64,000 nucleotides of DNA from Bugula neritina (lineage: Eukaryota; Animalia; Bryozoa): positions 7,988,722 through 8,052,721 of the forward strand of contig OZ037766.1 in the NCBI GenBank assembly GCA_964035545.1, written 5' to 3'. Below the pieces are notes generated by a model. It saw only the letters and a program-made list of their open reading frames with translations. It was not told where the DNA came from and made no database searches. Below are positions 51,532-64,000 of this stretch, piece after piece (the stretch's first letter is position 1; each line of letters starts with the position of its first letter). A program made the translations under genes and the position numbers.

Positions 51532-54500
51532 ATTCACTTTATGTCCACACGAATAAACATGTTCTACTGAAATTACCAGCCAATATCTTGTTCACCTCTT
51601 TTTGTATTAATAAAATAATCATGTTATTTAAATGGCATTGAAGCACACGATTGAAACGATTCATGATACAATTTGCTAGTGCAATAATATGAAATATACT
51701 GTTAAATGTCAAAAAATGAGTCCATCTGATGGATTACACTTCTTTGCACTAACAGGATGCGTTACAAAAGGGCCATGCTGGTCAATGATGCTACAATGAT
51801 TTTGGTACTCAAATACATGGATAATATTATGATGGATTGATTTATAGCAAATCACTGATCTGAATATGTCCAAGTTCACAATATGAATTATTAAATCAGT
51901 CATTTATTTTAATATTTGCTTTCTGAATAACATTCACATGACTGTAGAAGAAATTCATTTGTGACAATGTTCTGAGTTAGTTAATGTAAAATTACGCAAC
52001 TTATAATTTTGTTTTCATTGCTTTTGCAGTTGGTTCAGGTTATATCAAATAGCCATTAGAACTGTTGATTTAAAATAGATTGTTATGCAGTTGTCATGAC
52101 CCGGAGGTGTGCAGTCAATTCACATTTCCCGTTTCCAAAAAAATCATAGCAAATATTTGAGAATGACCGCCTATTTCTGGTTCCATTGATTAAAATGCTG
52201 AAGAGTTGCATTATTTAAATATTGGGTTTCTCCAAACTATGTTATTTAAGTTCTTAGCAAAGATAAATGCCAGCTGTTGTGTACTTCACGTTACTAAACT
52301 AAAACACTGCTGTTAAAATCAATGGTCATTCCAAAAATGTAATATGATAGAACAAATTTTTAACATGACTCGATTTTGCTGGAAAAATGTTGTGTATCAA
52401 ATAAGAATAATACAACACATTTTGTTATGTTATGTTCCCAATAAACCATAAACTGATATTTTAATTTGTTTATTCGGTGAGAATAGCTGTTTTCGAAAAC
52501 ATTAGATCATTGATTTAAATGTGCAAAAAATACAGCCTTTTCAGCATTTCAGCAAAATTGTACTTGTGTAAAATGACAGTGTTTTCCTTGTAGAAATATC
52601 TATAGATGAATCAGCTCTATAAGTTAGTATTAGGTGAAGGAAATTTTTAGATATTATTTTTTAACAATATTACAACATAGATTTTTTATTATAATTTTTG
52701 TAAAAATGTTATTCGAATGATTTGCTATATAGCCTATAACATGTTATGTTTAGAATCGCGAAAGTTGGTGAAAGAATTTGATTAAAATATGAAAATAATA
52801 GATGTAACTATAGATAAAGTGGAGTAGCTGTGGTCAATTCTAAGGTAGCTGCCTCCAACATGCCTACTGATATAACTAGATCAGTGAACTTTTTGTAGTG
52901 GCAATAAATGATGTTTAGTGAAGGCATCCAGTTCAGCTCTTCAGCCATGGTGTAAGGTGAAATTTATAGCTAGCCAGTCTAATAGAAATTCTATCATCAA
53001 CTCTTCTCTCTTTACCTAGAGTTGTAACCAGAAGAGGAACAAGAATAATGGTAAATAAATATAATATGTTTTCTGATGAACATATAATTTCCATCAATAC
53101 ATACTTCTCCTATAAAATATATGTTATGTTTACAATTGCTATATTCTAGGGTGATGAGATGGAAAAATAATTTCATTGAAGACTAACAATAAATCTTCTT
53201 GTAGAATCTGATAGTATTAGTAAATAGTGTAATAAGTTTTTTTGACAGATTTTGTTGTAGAAACGAGATGATTGATGGTCGACTTGGAATGTACAGAACC
53301 TGCTTTTTTGATCAAATTTTGGATTATTTTTTTAACGGCCATCATTTTCATTTGGTCCAATTATTTATTCTACCCCTAAAGCTATGACAGGTGGCACCTT
53401 GAACACAAATGACAATTAATTATTTTCAGCTATTGGTAGCTGCAGGACCAACATATCAACCTGCAATTTTTTCTCACTATTGTCACATTTAGTTCTGGGT
53501 AAATGAGGTATGTGCAGTAATGGAGAAATTGAGAAAAGCCTGTGTTCTAGAGTGGAAATGTAGCAAAAGAAGTTATGTTCTTGCAAGAATTTCAACCCGT
53601 GCCCCAAACCAAAATCTATAAGGAAATTTGAAGAACTTAGGCTATCAATTTCTCCACCACTGTACCTAAATGGGGTAAACCAACCTTAGAGTTACTGTAA
53701 CTCACAACCCACCGCCATGTCTCGGGCAGAGAGCTGTTTAGTCATTGTCTGCTTTGCCCTTTACCCAAAACAACCATCATAATTATATGACGTGAGAGAT
53801 GATTGTAACGATTCTAGCTGCTGAGTACATGGACACGTGTGAGGCATGCTGATGTAACAGAATAATATGCTGGAGGTTCTGGCAAAGCACCAAAAACTCT
53901 CTGTGATGTATCCTAATAGTATTTTAATAGCTACATTTGAACACAGTAAGTGGCTTTTACTATATGGAAGATAGTGTTGGCATATCAACATCTGCCAAAG
54001 AACTTTACTAATTTATTACAAACTAAAAAATACTCTGATCATGGTTAAATCTTCTTAATGCCGGTGTAATTAAAGCATTTAAAATGTTTCAAGTAAACCC
54101 CTACTTGTTTTTTTTCAACTGGTTTTAGTGTGTAATTAAAATGCAAATATATTTTCTTCAACAGCTATTTTTTAAGTATGCAACTTTGATAGTCGGACAA
54201 AAGACTCGAAGGTGATTAAAAGAAATTGCTTCTAATGCTTCCACAACATTATTATTTCAACTAGTGTCTACACATATTTAATGCCCACATAAATGGTTAG
54301 ACAAAAAATCTTAGTCACAGGGTACCAGTGTATCAGATATATAATATTCCTTCCTTTCTTCTATGTTAGAAGTAACATCCTGGTTAAGAACATTGGGCTT
54401 TTTATATACTAGGTTGCCCCATTGGACTTTTTGGTAAAAGCTGAGTGCTTCGTGTTAATTTTTATTCATTTATAATTTGATTTCAACTGTAAATATATGC

Positions 54501-54678
54501 ATATTTCCCTGACTATTCTGTAGATCCTATCCTTGTAAGAGAGGTATATTCACAATGGTTAAAATACAATAAGCCAATAGTCTTAGGGAGGTGTACGTTT
54601 AGTAGAAACTTTGAAATTAATATTCATATGTCATGTATTACAAAATACCAGGTCAACAACAAACATCCTAAATTAATA

Positions 54679-54861
54679 TTAAACAAAACAGATTTTCAAT
54701 GCTAAATTCCTATTTATTACACCTAACTTTCTTCCAAAAAATTTCAGTGATGTTTTTGGAAATATAGTTTTTGCCCAAAATTTAGTAATGCATCTAAATA
54801 TCTTAGCAACACGTTTGTTAGTCCAGTTTATAGACACACTGCATATTAACCTAACAACCAT
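54679..54861 (-). mobile_element. Possible degenerate LINE RT fragment
   Basis: ..VSINWTNK....GRKLGVINRNLALK resembles the LxLNxxK...KYLGVxIDxNLxWK motif; weak. Confidence 0.25.
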
Positions 54862-55323
54862 TTTACATCTTCATATAAGACTCTCACTATAACAGATGAA
54901 TGGAAGTTTTTCAATTTAAATAATAATTAATGAACAAACCAACAACACAATAAATTTGGGAATAAGAAATTTGAAGTTTATTGAGAGTTGACTTGAAGAA
55001 ATAAATTTCAACAGAACTAAACATAAATGGTAAAGCTCAGGTTAATTAAGAAAACATGTACAATGATCAACAAAATTATTTAGCAAAGTGAAAATTAATG
55101 GGCATATAAATTATACATGATGATGATAGAAAAAATGTGTCAGAAAATGTAAGATTGGCCCTGCCTTTTATTACATGAGATATCAATTAATTCTGATCAC
55201 AAACCACCTGCATCTTATTGCATTGTAGAACATTAGTATGCATAAAACTAGTCATCTAATATACACAGAAGTCTTTACACACTAGTATTTACATGTTCAG
55301 GAATCTTGGCCCAAGTCTTGGAG

Positions 55324-58300
55324 TCACGATTTCTTTCCATCAGCTTCTACACAGAACAAACAAAACCTTGCATCATCTAGCGTACAGGAAGAACATTAAA
55401 TAGTTAATGTTTGAAGTTTTGAATTTAAACTACACACACACTATGCAGGCACTATGAGGTTCTGAGAACTTGGTCACTGATGATGACTAAAACTGGTGGA
55501 TAGAAAAAAAAACATCTGCTCACCCTAATCCCTGTATTTTGTAATCTACCAGCAACACTTACTCTTAGATTATATCTCAACAAGAGTAAGTGGGAAAACA
55601 TCCCTGAGTAATGCACAATATTAACAAGAGTTTGTAAAATATTGATACAGGAAAAAAATCAATTGAAAAAAATATTTCGAGTAATTGTTATGAACTCCTT
55701 ACCACTATTCTTTTTCATTTTTTGAAGCAGCTCATCTCGATCTCTCAACTTTTGGATGAACACACCAGCACGATTCTTCCTAAAGCTTTCATAGGGATCA
55801 TTGATGTCCACACCAATACCCCGGTACATGTCACTGGCACCTCGAACTTCTGCTGCCTTCACTGGATCCACAATTCCCTGTTCAGAGGCACCCAGCCCAG
55901 CACCTCCCCATCCTAAACACAACACAAAACTTAACATTGATCGATAGAACTGAGTATACTTAGCACGATTAATAAGAGAGCTAAATTTCATAAACATTAC
56001 AACCCATACAGGCAAATACTGCTAGGAGCTGCTAAACATGAACAAGAAGCTAAACTTTCAGCCTAGCAATGCAGTCACTCACCCATTTTCTTGAGTAGCT
56101 GAGCTCCCTTGTTATCCAGACCAAGCCGGGTGTCTGCATTCTGTGCAGTGTACATGCCCCTACAATGAACAATGCCAGGTCATGTGATGAGCCAACAGTT
56201 TCCTGCTTGCTTGAAATATTTTGCACTAAAACTGATGAAATATTCTAACTGCTACCATGGCTGTCTTTAAAGTAAAAACAATTATAAACAGAGGTTGTCA
56301 GGTTGATAGAAATGACAAGGCCATAACCAAAAATTATAAAACTATATTTTAACTAAAAAACAGCAACTACCAAAGAAAATTTAATGGAATAGAAGCCCAA
56401 TACCCATCAATTTAAAGCGAAGCTTATTGTTAAATTTCAACACATTTCATATGTTTTACTACAAAATATTTTAAAAATAAATACAAAGTTTGTAAAAACT
56501 GAAATAATATGAATATAAATGGGAAGCTGAAAGATCAGCAAAATTAAATATAAAAGGTCTGTAACTGTGACACTGAAACTATTAAGGAATTCCAATCTCT
56601 TAGCCACCCATCAAACACTAGGAAGCTTACAATATATGCTTATTTATGTAACAAAAAACATGACAAGTTGTTTATTGCATTAGAATAAAATTAATACAAG
56701 ACAGTGAAATGACAGAATGTGAAAAGTTATATAACTGCTATTTACTAGATTTTATCAGAAAATTATTGAGCAAGGAGCAGCGTGGTCTAGGGGTTAAAGC
56801 ACTGGCTTAGTAAGCACGAAGTCTTGGGTTTGAACCCCAGTAAATGTCGTTGGTGATGCTAGGAATAGCATTCAGTCACAATTGCTCCTGCACCACATAT
56901 GAATGAGTACTTTGCCCGATTTAAAAAAAACATTCTATCAAATGTTTCTAACAGGAAAAGTGACTATAAACTCAATATGTGAGAGCATCATAACCTGATG
57001 AGATAGATTTTAATAAGGAAATCGCAGATTATACTTGTAAATATTTCATCTACATGAATATTCAACAGCTCCGGAATTACTTCCTCTTGATTATTAAAAA
57101 ACTTGTGAATTTAATAAAAATTCAACTCCACTTAGAGAAATATGAGCATCATTTGCTAATTCAGACACAAAGTTGTTACTTTACACATTTTCTATACACT
57201 GACTGAGAAATATTGGGTACACTCTGAGTAGTGAGATGTGTCAACACTACACTCTATGTTTGGTTACAGAGAATTGAATAGAAGAGACATACAAGGTGGG
57301 CATTTCATCAGGTGTTGGCGAACGTCTGTCAATACGCTGTCGGTGACGGGGAGGTGTACTTGAACTTGACCTTGACCTAGATCGTCTTCTGCAACAAGAC
57401 GTAGTATGTCATTGTAAAGATGTGAGTTACTAACGGCATTTATTATGGGGCCAACACTCTTACACTAGAAATAATGGAACACAAGTAAAATGGCTGCTAC
57501 GACAGTCTGTTTGAAGCAGACCATGTCATTATGAATTAATATAATTATTCACAGGGAGAACAAGAACTTCAGCAACTTAATAATTATAAATCTCAGTCAT
57601 AGTTCAAGTATTACTCCAAATAAGAATTTAACCTCGCATGAAGCATTTATATTCACATATATAGTAAACTGAGAGAGGATAACACTAGACAACAGAGTTT
57701 ATGCCTTTTGAACTTGCAAATTAATTTATAATATAAACCCTGACATATTTACACAATCTTCTCTCTTTACACAGTCAATATTAACACACAACTACTTGCT
57801 TTAGAAAAATATGACAAATAACACGACACCATTAGCCATCAGACTACAATTCACATACGGCCATACAGGTTATGCTAAGGACCCGAGAGTACAGAACACG
57901 AGAGTATAGAACACGGGCTGAAACAATAGACTGAGTACCACCTGTCTGATGGAGAGTTACTCCTTGACCTGCGGGACCTTCGGGGTGAGCCCCGCCTCCT
58001 CCTCGGGGACCGACTATCTGACCGGGACCGTCTATTAGTCCTTGACCTTTCTCTGGATATAGAACGTGACCGTCTATCTCTGTCAGCACTGACTGACCTT
58101 GACCTGGATCTGTTGAGTAGTATAAACATTCTTATGTGTTGAGAAACCACTGCCCAGCATTGCACACAAGGCTAGCTTCTACATTATGCTTGACAAAGGA
58201 TTTGCAGCATTTATTACGTACCTTTTTGTCTCTTTGAACCGTTTTTCTTCTTTCATCCTTTTTTCTCTCTCCTCTTCTATTTGCTTTTTAGCTACATTTT

Positions 58301-61300
58301 TAGATTGATAATATTCAAACAGGCCTAACTTCTCCCACCCTTCACTGAAATATGATAGGGAATAATCACACACTACTTAATAAAGAGGTAAGAAATAAAA
58401 GGAATTTATTGACTTAATTTTCATGTTTTTCCAACTCAACTGAAGCTAATAAGTATAATAATATTTTATTCTTGAAGAATATTATTTTTGGAGCTATACG
58501 TTTTCAGCAGTAACTTCTTTACCTGATTCTGCATCTTACTAGAAAGTAACTTTCACCATTGCGAGTTATATTAAGAGGATAAGAAATTTTCTAAAGGTTT
58601 AAATTTCACTTGACTCCAGAGTAAATTAGATTTCATAACATAATTTAAATAGAATGCAAGACGATTAATGACACGTACGCATCAACTGGACAGTCATGTG
58701 ATGGTGGCATGTAGAACAGATCCAGAGCCTGCAGCAGCCTTTCAGTAGGCGGGGCAGGAGGTGGCAACCGAATATCTTTAGGATTTATTGGTTTGTAGTC
58801 TATCTCGTCAATCTATTATAATGATGTAGTAAAATAGCTTATATACTAACTAACAAGTGTTGATACTAATATAGTCATGGCATTGCTAGGAAAAGTTTTT
58901 AGCATAAACAATTCATGAGATAATCCTACTTTTTAACACGAAAACATAACATATTGAAGGAAACAGAGGTTTTATGTGTCATCACATTATAGCTAACAGC
59001 TGCCTGTTAAGAATTACAAAGAAACTATCACTTGCTTTATGTACAAGTTATGCTTAGAGCCTTAGCCTATAGATGATTGCATCATAGCGACATACTGTAG
59101 ACAGCAACATATTTATAAGAAAGTCTTATATTGTATGTATATTTCAGCTGTGCTGTGTGACAGTGTAGTGTGTGACAGTGAAGTGTGTGACAGTGTAGTG
59201 TGACAGTGTAGTGTGTGACAGTGAAGTGTGACAGTGTAGTGTGTGACAGTGTAGTAGTGTGACAGTGTAGTAGTGTGACAGTGTAGTGTGACAGTGTAGT
59301 GTGTGGCAGTGTAGTAGTGTGATAGTGTAGTGTGTGACAGTATAGTAGTGTGACAATGTAGCGTGTGACAGTGTAGTGTGTGACAGTAGTGTGTGACAGT
59401 GCAGTGTGTGACAGTGTAGTGTGTGACAGTGTAGTGTGTGACAGTGTAGTAGTGTGACAATGTAGTAGTGTGACAGTGTAGTGTGTGACAGTGTAGTAGT
59501 GTGACAGTGTAGTAGTGTGACAGTGTAGTGTGTGACAGTGTAGTGTGTGACAGTGTAGTAGTGTGACAATGTAGTAGTGTGACAGTGTAGCGTGTGACAG
59601 TGTAGTAGTGTGACAGTGTAGTAGTGTGACAGTGTAGTGTGTGACAGTGTAGTGTGTGACAGTGTAGTGTGTGATAGTGTAGTGTGTGACAGTGTAGTAG
59701 TGTGACAGTGTAGTAGTGTGACAGTGTAGCATGTGACAGTGCACTGGGCTGCAGCTACCTTGACAAGAGGACACATGAGGCCGGCTGGAAGCTCAAAGTA
59801 AGGAGCTGTGGGTATGAGATCCTCAGTGGACAGATTTGGAGGGGGAAAAGGGGGCGGCTGATTTAGCCTGGGAGGAGGTCCGGACAGATTCATCATGGGA
59901 GGCGGGACGTTAGTGTTGAAACCTGCAGAATATCAAACAGCTTAGCCATGTATATTGGTGTAGCTGAGTGCTTCCGACAGCTAAATTAGATATATATATT
60001 TTTGCATAAATTCAATAAGCATTGACTTTTGCTGTAATGTTTTTGACATATACATTACACACTGTAGAAATTATTATTTAAAATTTGCAATTAAATCTAA
60101 ACTAAAGGCTAAGAAGCTACATACTATAAATCATTTAAATTACTGATGGTTAAAGTAAATGTAGTCTAAAGAGTAATCACTTTGGGAATTGTCTTCTCAA
60201 AAAATTAAATATAATTGCCAGAAGCTTGCAAAAATGTTTATTGAAACAAACACTAGATTTTTGGCCCAAATCCTTGACTAATCTTCAGAGTTTCACATTT
60301 TCACTGAAGTAGATATTGCAGTGTTGCAGGCTACAGCTATGTCACTGCCATGTGCTACTAATGTCAGCACTATTATTAAACTGCCCATTTAACCAAATAC
60401 ACAATGTTCTTATGATTGTTACAAGAGAGCACAACTACCAGCTAAAATAAACCAACTATGACTCATGATAAAATTTTATTTTAGCTCAATTTCTTTTAAA
60501 CAATCAAAAAAGCTACATTTTTTCAACTCCTAATCATTAGGATTTCTAATTGATCATAACTCCAGACTAATAAAAAACAGTGGATAGAGGGGGGTGACTA
60601 AGCGCCCCCCCCCCCCGGACACTGACTAAATCAAGGGTTACCTGGCGGAGGCTGATTGAAGATTGGTGGTGGCTGATTCAGATCAAACAGTCCAGGAGCA
60701 CCTGGTGGAATTGGACCTTGCATGTCTGCAGGTGCAGGCGGTCGAGTCATATCTACGTGAAGTACAGTAACAGTGACAACAAGTGTTTTCTTAATTATTT
60801 ATTACAATATGAAAATAAAGATGAAGTATTAAATTTCACATACAAGACACATCATGCTGTTTCATATGCGAAATACGGAACAAAATTAGCGGAAGGGCCC
60901 TGAAGGAATGTTGTGTGTGAAACAACATGCGATAAAAACAGGCTGCAGGAGTTGCCTGCCATACACAGTATGTTACCAGGGGGAGCGAAATCCGAGAAAG
61001 CAACTGTATTTGCCTACAACTTTACTGCCTATAGTTATTTTTTTCCCTTTTAAAACATCTCACTTGAGATTTTTGATAAATCGAAATTGATAAAAATAAG
61101 AATGTAAAACTGAAACAGCTAAAATTGGAGTTCATAAACAGTTCTCAGCCAACTAGATCACTATAACAGAAACTCATCACCTTGACTGCATGAAATCATA
61201 AGCAATTCATGTTGAAATCCACTCTGTACAGCAGAAACTTTGGAGTGGCCAGAAATTAGAAATGACACAAATGCTAAAAACATGTTTATAAAGTGACACT

Positions 61301-61809
61301 AGATTACAGCAAAATGTCAAACCTACCAGCATGTGGTGGCATCTGGGGAGGTGGGAAAGCTGGTGGGGGTATGCTAGGGTTCATCTGGGGTGCTGCTGGT
61401 AAACTTGGCGGCAAGGTCGGTGCCGGCGGGAAGGCAGGTTTAGTTGTGGCGTGAACTGCGCTCTTCTCTTGTTCATACTGCTGCTGCAACTTTCTCAGCT
61501 GATCATTCAAGTGATTAGAAAACTCCTAAAAGTATTAAGTTTGTGGAATGTGAAGATACAAGCTGACATGAGGTTAAGAACATCCTTCTGATGGAGATAC
61601 AATATCGAAGGCAGTAGGTCAATTAGCTGACTCCACCCATATGCTCCTAGTACAATACTATAGCTGACTCTAGCCAGTACCTGATGCTGACTCTGGAGAC
61701 TCTTTAGTTTGTCGATTCCCGCCTGAGTGACAACTGCCACCACATCACTGTACTTAGTCATCATGTCATTCTGGTATTTGGTGTACGACTCGTTTGGACA
61801 CTCCAATGC
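55324..61809 (-). CDS. CHERP: Calcium homeostasis endoplasmic reticulum protein (U2-associated RS/G-patch splicing factor), 5' part outside the window
   Basis: Eleven phase-consistent exons: 61809-61681, 61525-61327, 60752-60642, 59922-59759, 58812-58679, 58344-58222, 58109-57942, 57388-57293, 56159-56083, 55912-55703, 55346-55324 (TGA). Conserved PYFELPAGLMCPLVK, YKPINPKDIRLPPPAPPTERLL and EGWEKLGLFEYY; RS domain; G-patch LGLDNKGAQLLKKMGWGGAGLGASEQGIVDP; YRGIG...DPYESFRKNR. Confidence 0.95.
56774..56930 (+). mobile_element. tRNA-derived SINE (antisense, in a CHERP intron)
   Basis: A box TGGTCTAGGGG (56783), B box GGTTTGAACCC (56827) and anticodon-like arm GCTTAGTAAGC. It has no acceptor stem, continues into a non-tRNA body and ends in an A-rich tail. 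Confidence 0.7.
57885..57915 (+). repeat. Short 15-bp tandem repeat in a CHERP intron
   Basis: gagagtacagaacac / gagagtatagaacac. Confidence 0.6.
59155..59741. repeat. Minisatellite, about 40 copies of 13/15/16-bp variants of GTGTGACAGTGTA(GT|GTA)
   Basis: Directly visible array inside CHERP intron 58813-59758; it explains the His/Thr-rich ORFs on the minus strand. Confidence 0.95.
60578..60624. repeat. Short inverted repeat, probably a collapsed MITE
   Basis: CAGTGgatagaGGGGGGtgactaagcgCCCCCCCCCCCCggaCACTG: CAGTG/CACTG ends and G/C arms; no clear TSD. Confidence 0.45.
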
Positions 61810-64000
61810 CTATAAAATATAACACACTACACTGCAACCTGAACATGTGTATACATTTCACACAGCACAGTGCACCACAAGCTTTATTACACAGCTTGAC
61901 ATACTCATTGTAGGGTATAGAAATGCAGTGGCAGAAGCCTACACAAAAATAATGTGTACATATGTATATAAATAGAGTTAGTACCATATATTATAAAGTA
62001 GGTGAAATGTAGATAGTCAGCAATTGAATTTTCATAAGAGAACAAATTAAAAAACAAACTACTATTTGGAAACTCTATGAAATGTATGGAAAAAATAAAT
62101 CAAGGGGCTTTAAAAATAATTGATTTCAGAAATGTATGCTAAGACAATTTATTGATTAAATGAAAGCACATTTAATAGCATAAAAATACCATGTTGCATT
62201 ATAATTGAATGTGAATTAAAATTTGTTGCAGATAGTCTGTATTTCTTCCTCGAAAGAGCTTATCTGTTTATTGCAGAAATTAGTCAAGGTTGAGGATTCT
62301 AAGAGATAAAAGTGACTATACCACCGGTAAGATAACATGAGAGTATTGCATATGAACACAATGCGTGTCTAACAAGCTAGCAGTCACAACAGTAGTTCAA
62401 GGTTGAGTTGAGGAGAGAGCGATAATGAGAAAACAAATCATAAATATTGAACACGAGTCCACAACCTTACTGTATAGCAGTAGCTTATATGAAAGAAAGG
62501 AATCAGACACAATTTGCGTTATGTAGAAATTGCTGAAGGCATTGAACGGGCATATTTGTATACAGAATGCAATCAATTTCAGTTCAGACTATGCTGTTAT
62601 ATAAAACTATTTGGAACAGTTTCAAAAAGAACTGTTTACACAATATAAATTGAAGCAATAAAAATCTGTTATCTCTTAAATTGATCAGCTTAAACTTTGA
62701 AATTTGAACTCTAGTGAGATGGCCTGATTTAATTGGGTTTTCCATTAGCCTTAGAATGAATAGTTCTATTTTTAGGTACGCTGAGGGAGAGGTTACAATC
62801 TTTTTATACAAAACAAAAATTGCACAATCAACAAATCTCAGCTATCCCCAGGGCTAAATATTTGCACGCAGATAACTAAAAGAGAAAACAATGGCCTTGC
62901 ACGCATGCATATATTGTCCACTTGCTGCTATATCAACTGATATCACTAAATGAAAGGCTAGGCAGATATAAAAGATATAATTAGAGATGCTTCGTTGATA
63001 TCATCAAGATCCTCTTTCTATTTAACCATTCAAGTTACTAAGTTGAATATAAATACATCTTACAGCTGTAAAATGACTTATCATATAGAAGTTGTCTGCT
63101 CAATAGGAATGGTGAGAACAGAGCCTACAAAGAATACCAGAGGAACAAGATGGCTACAGGAGCTCAGCTTATATCGAGTGAATAAGTTGAAATGAGTTTG
63201 AAAGATATCATTACAGACAGGCTAACTCTGTCTTCTGTCAGATTTTCAGCACTTAATAAAACATATCAACTTCAGCTGATTGGTTTTCCTGTGAGTGTAA
63301 CCACTTACCAGTCTGAGAAGATAGAAGAGAGATGATCTGCACTAGAAGTCAAGTGGTCATATTAATATGTACTGCAGAAACCTTAGAATTAATTTGGGAA
63401 GAAAAGGGCTGCAGTAGTAGGAGTAGTTCTAAATATATAACTCAATAGCTATAAATATATATGAACTCTGCACCATACGAACCTCTAAGATTTCTGGAAT
63501 AAAATACTTGTGTTGGGTCCAAATGGAAAGCAGCTGTAAAATATTAGCCAAAACATTGTTAATTATAAAACACACCGTTAATAGAGTATAAAAAACTGAA
63601 AAGATAAATTTTACTCACAATAACAAAGGAAAGAATTTTAATGTACTACAAAGTGCCTTTTATTTACATATCAACACCAAGGATATTCATGGAGATGGAA
63701 TTAATTAGGTTGTTAAATAAATTACAAATATTGAATAGATATGACACTATTTAGGAAAAATCTATTATTTTCAAATTACATGTTGCCCAGAAATAACTAG
63801 CATGTCAAACAGCTTTGATCCTAACTTTTCAAAGAGTGCAAATTAATAGAACTATAATGCATCAACATAGCATCTATCATTAAGTTACAGCAAAATGAAT
63901 CTTGTCAAAGATTTGTGGAAGAAATTAAAGCTATGATTTCAACATGATTGAAATGGACTGAATCTTTCACAATGTAAACATACACTGACACTAAACAAAA

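Noticed and set aside
52040-53400. Degraded inverted and direct repeats between HR96 and CHERP
   Set aside because: Probably old DNA-transposon debris, but I could not define TIR or TSD boundaries
56774-56850. tRNA-Thr(AGT) gene
   Set aside because: No acceptor stem, poor anticodon stem, and it continues into a body shared with a second copy, so it is a SINE head
59082-59774. His/Thr/Cys-rich proteins in three frames; CRISPR-like array
   Set aside because: A stop-free minisatellite in an intron with no unique spacers, in a eukaryotic context

Overview
AT-rich eukaryotic (invertebrate animal) genomic DNA with GT-AG introns; an NR1J/HR96-type receptor suggests a protostome. I built the gene models by hand, checking splice sites and reading-frame phase. 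From left to right: (1) the first coding exon of an unknown minus-strand gene running off the left edge; (2) a minus-strand gene with an FSIP2-like N-terminal domain and an IQ motif (2380-5675); (3) a complete intron-rich cytosolic Hsc70 gene (7224-10158, minus, 649 aa, GPTIEEVD end) with an upstream HSE and TCT/TOP-like initiator; (4) a divergent uncharacterised multi-exon gene (14204-~20340, plus) and an unlinked 233-codon ORF (21548-22249); (5) about 18 kb of non-coding DNA with several CpG-rich promoter-like patches; (6) an HR96/NR1J nuclear receptor (about 40097-50880, plus, 8 exons); (7) the 3' part of CHERP (55324-61809, minus). Interspersed are a hAT-type MITE, tRNA-derived SINEs, fossil LINE fragments, a local tandem duplication and an intronic minisatellite. 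I found no single clear-cut novel system. The best leads are two candidate axonemal genes flanking Hsc70, an apparent 1-nt intron slide in Hsc70, a remodelled HR96 ligand-binding domain with a CtBP-like motif, and the minisatellite beside a CHERP splice donor.
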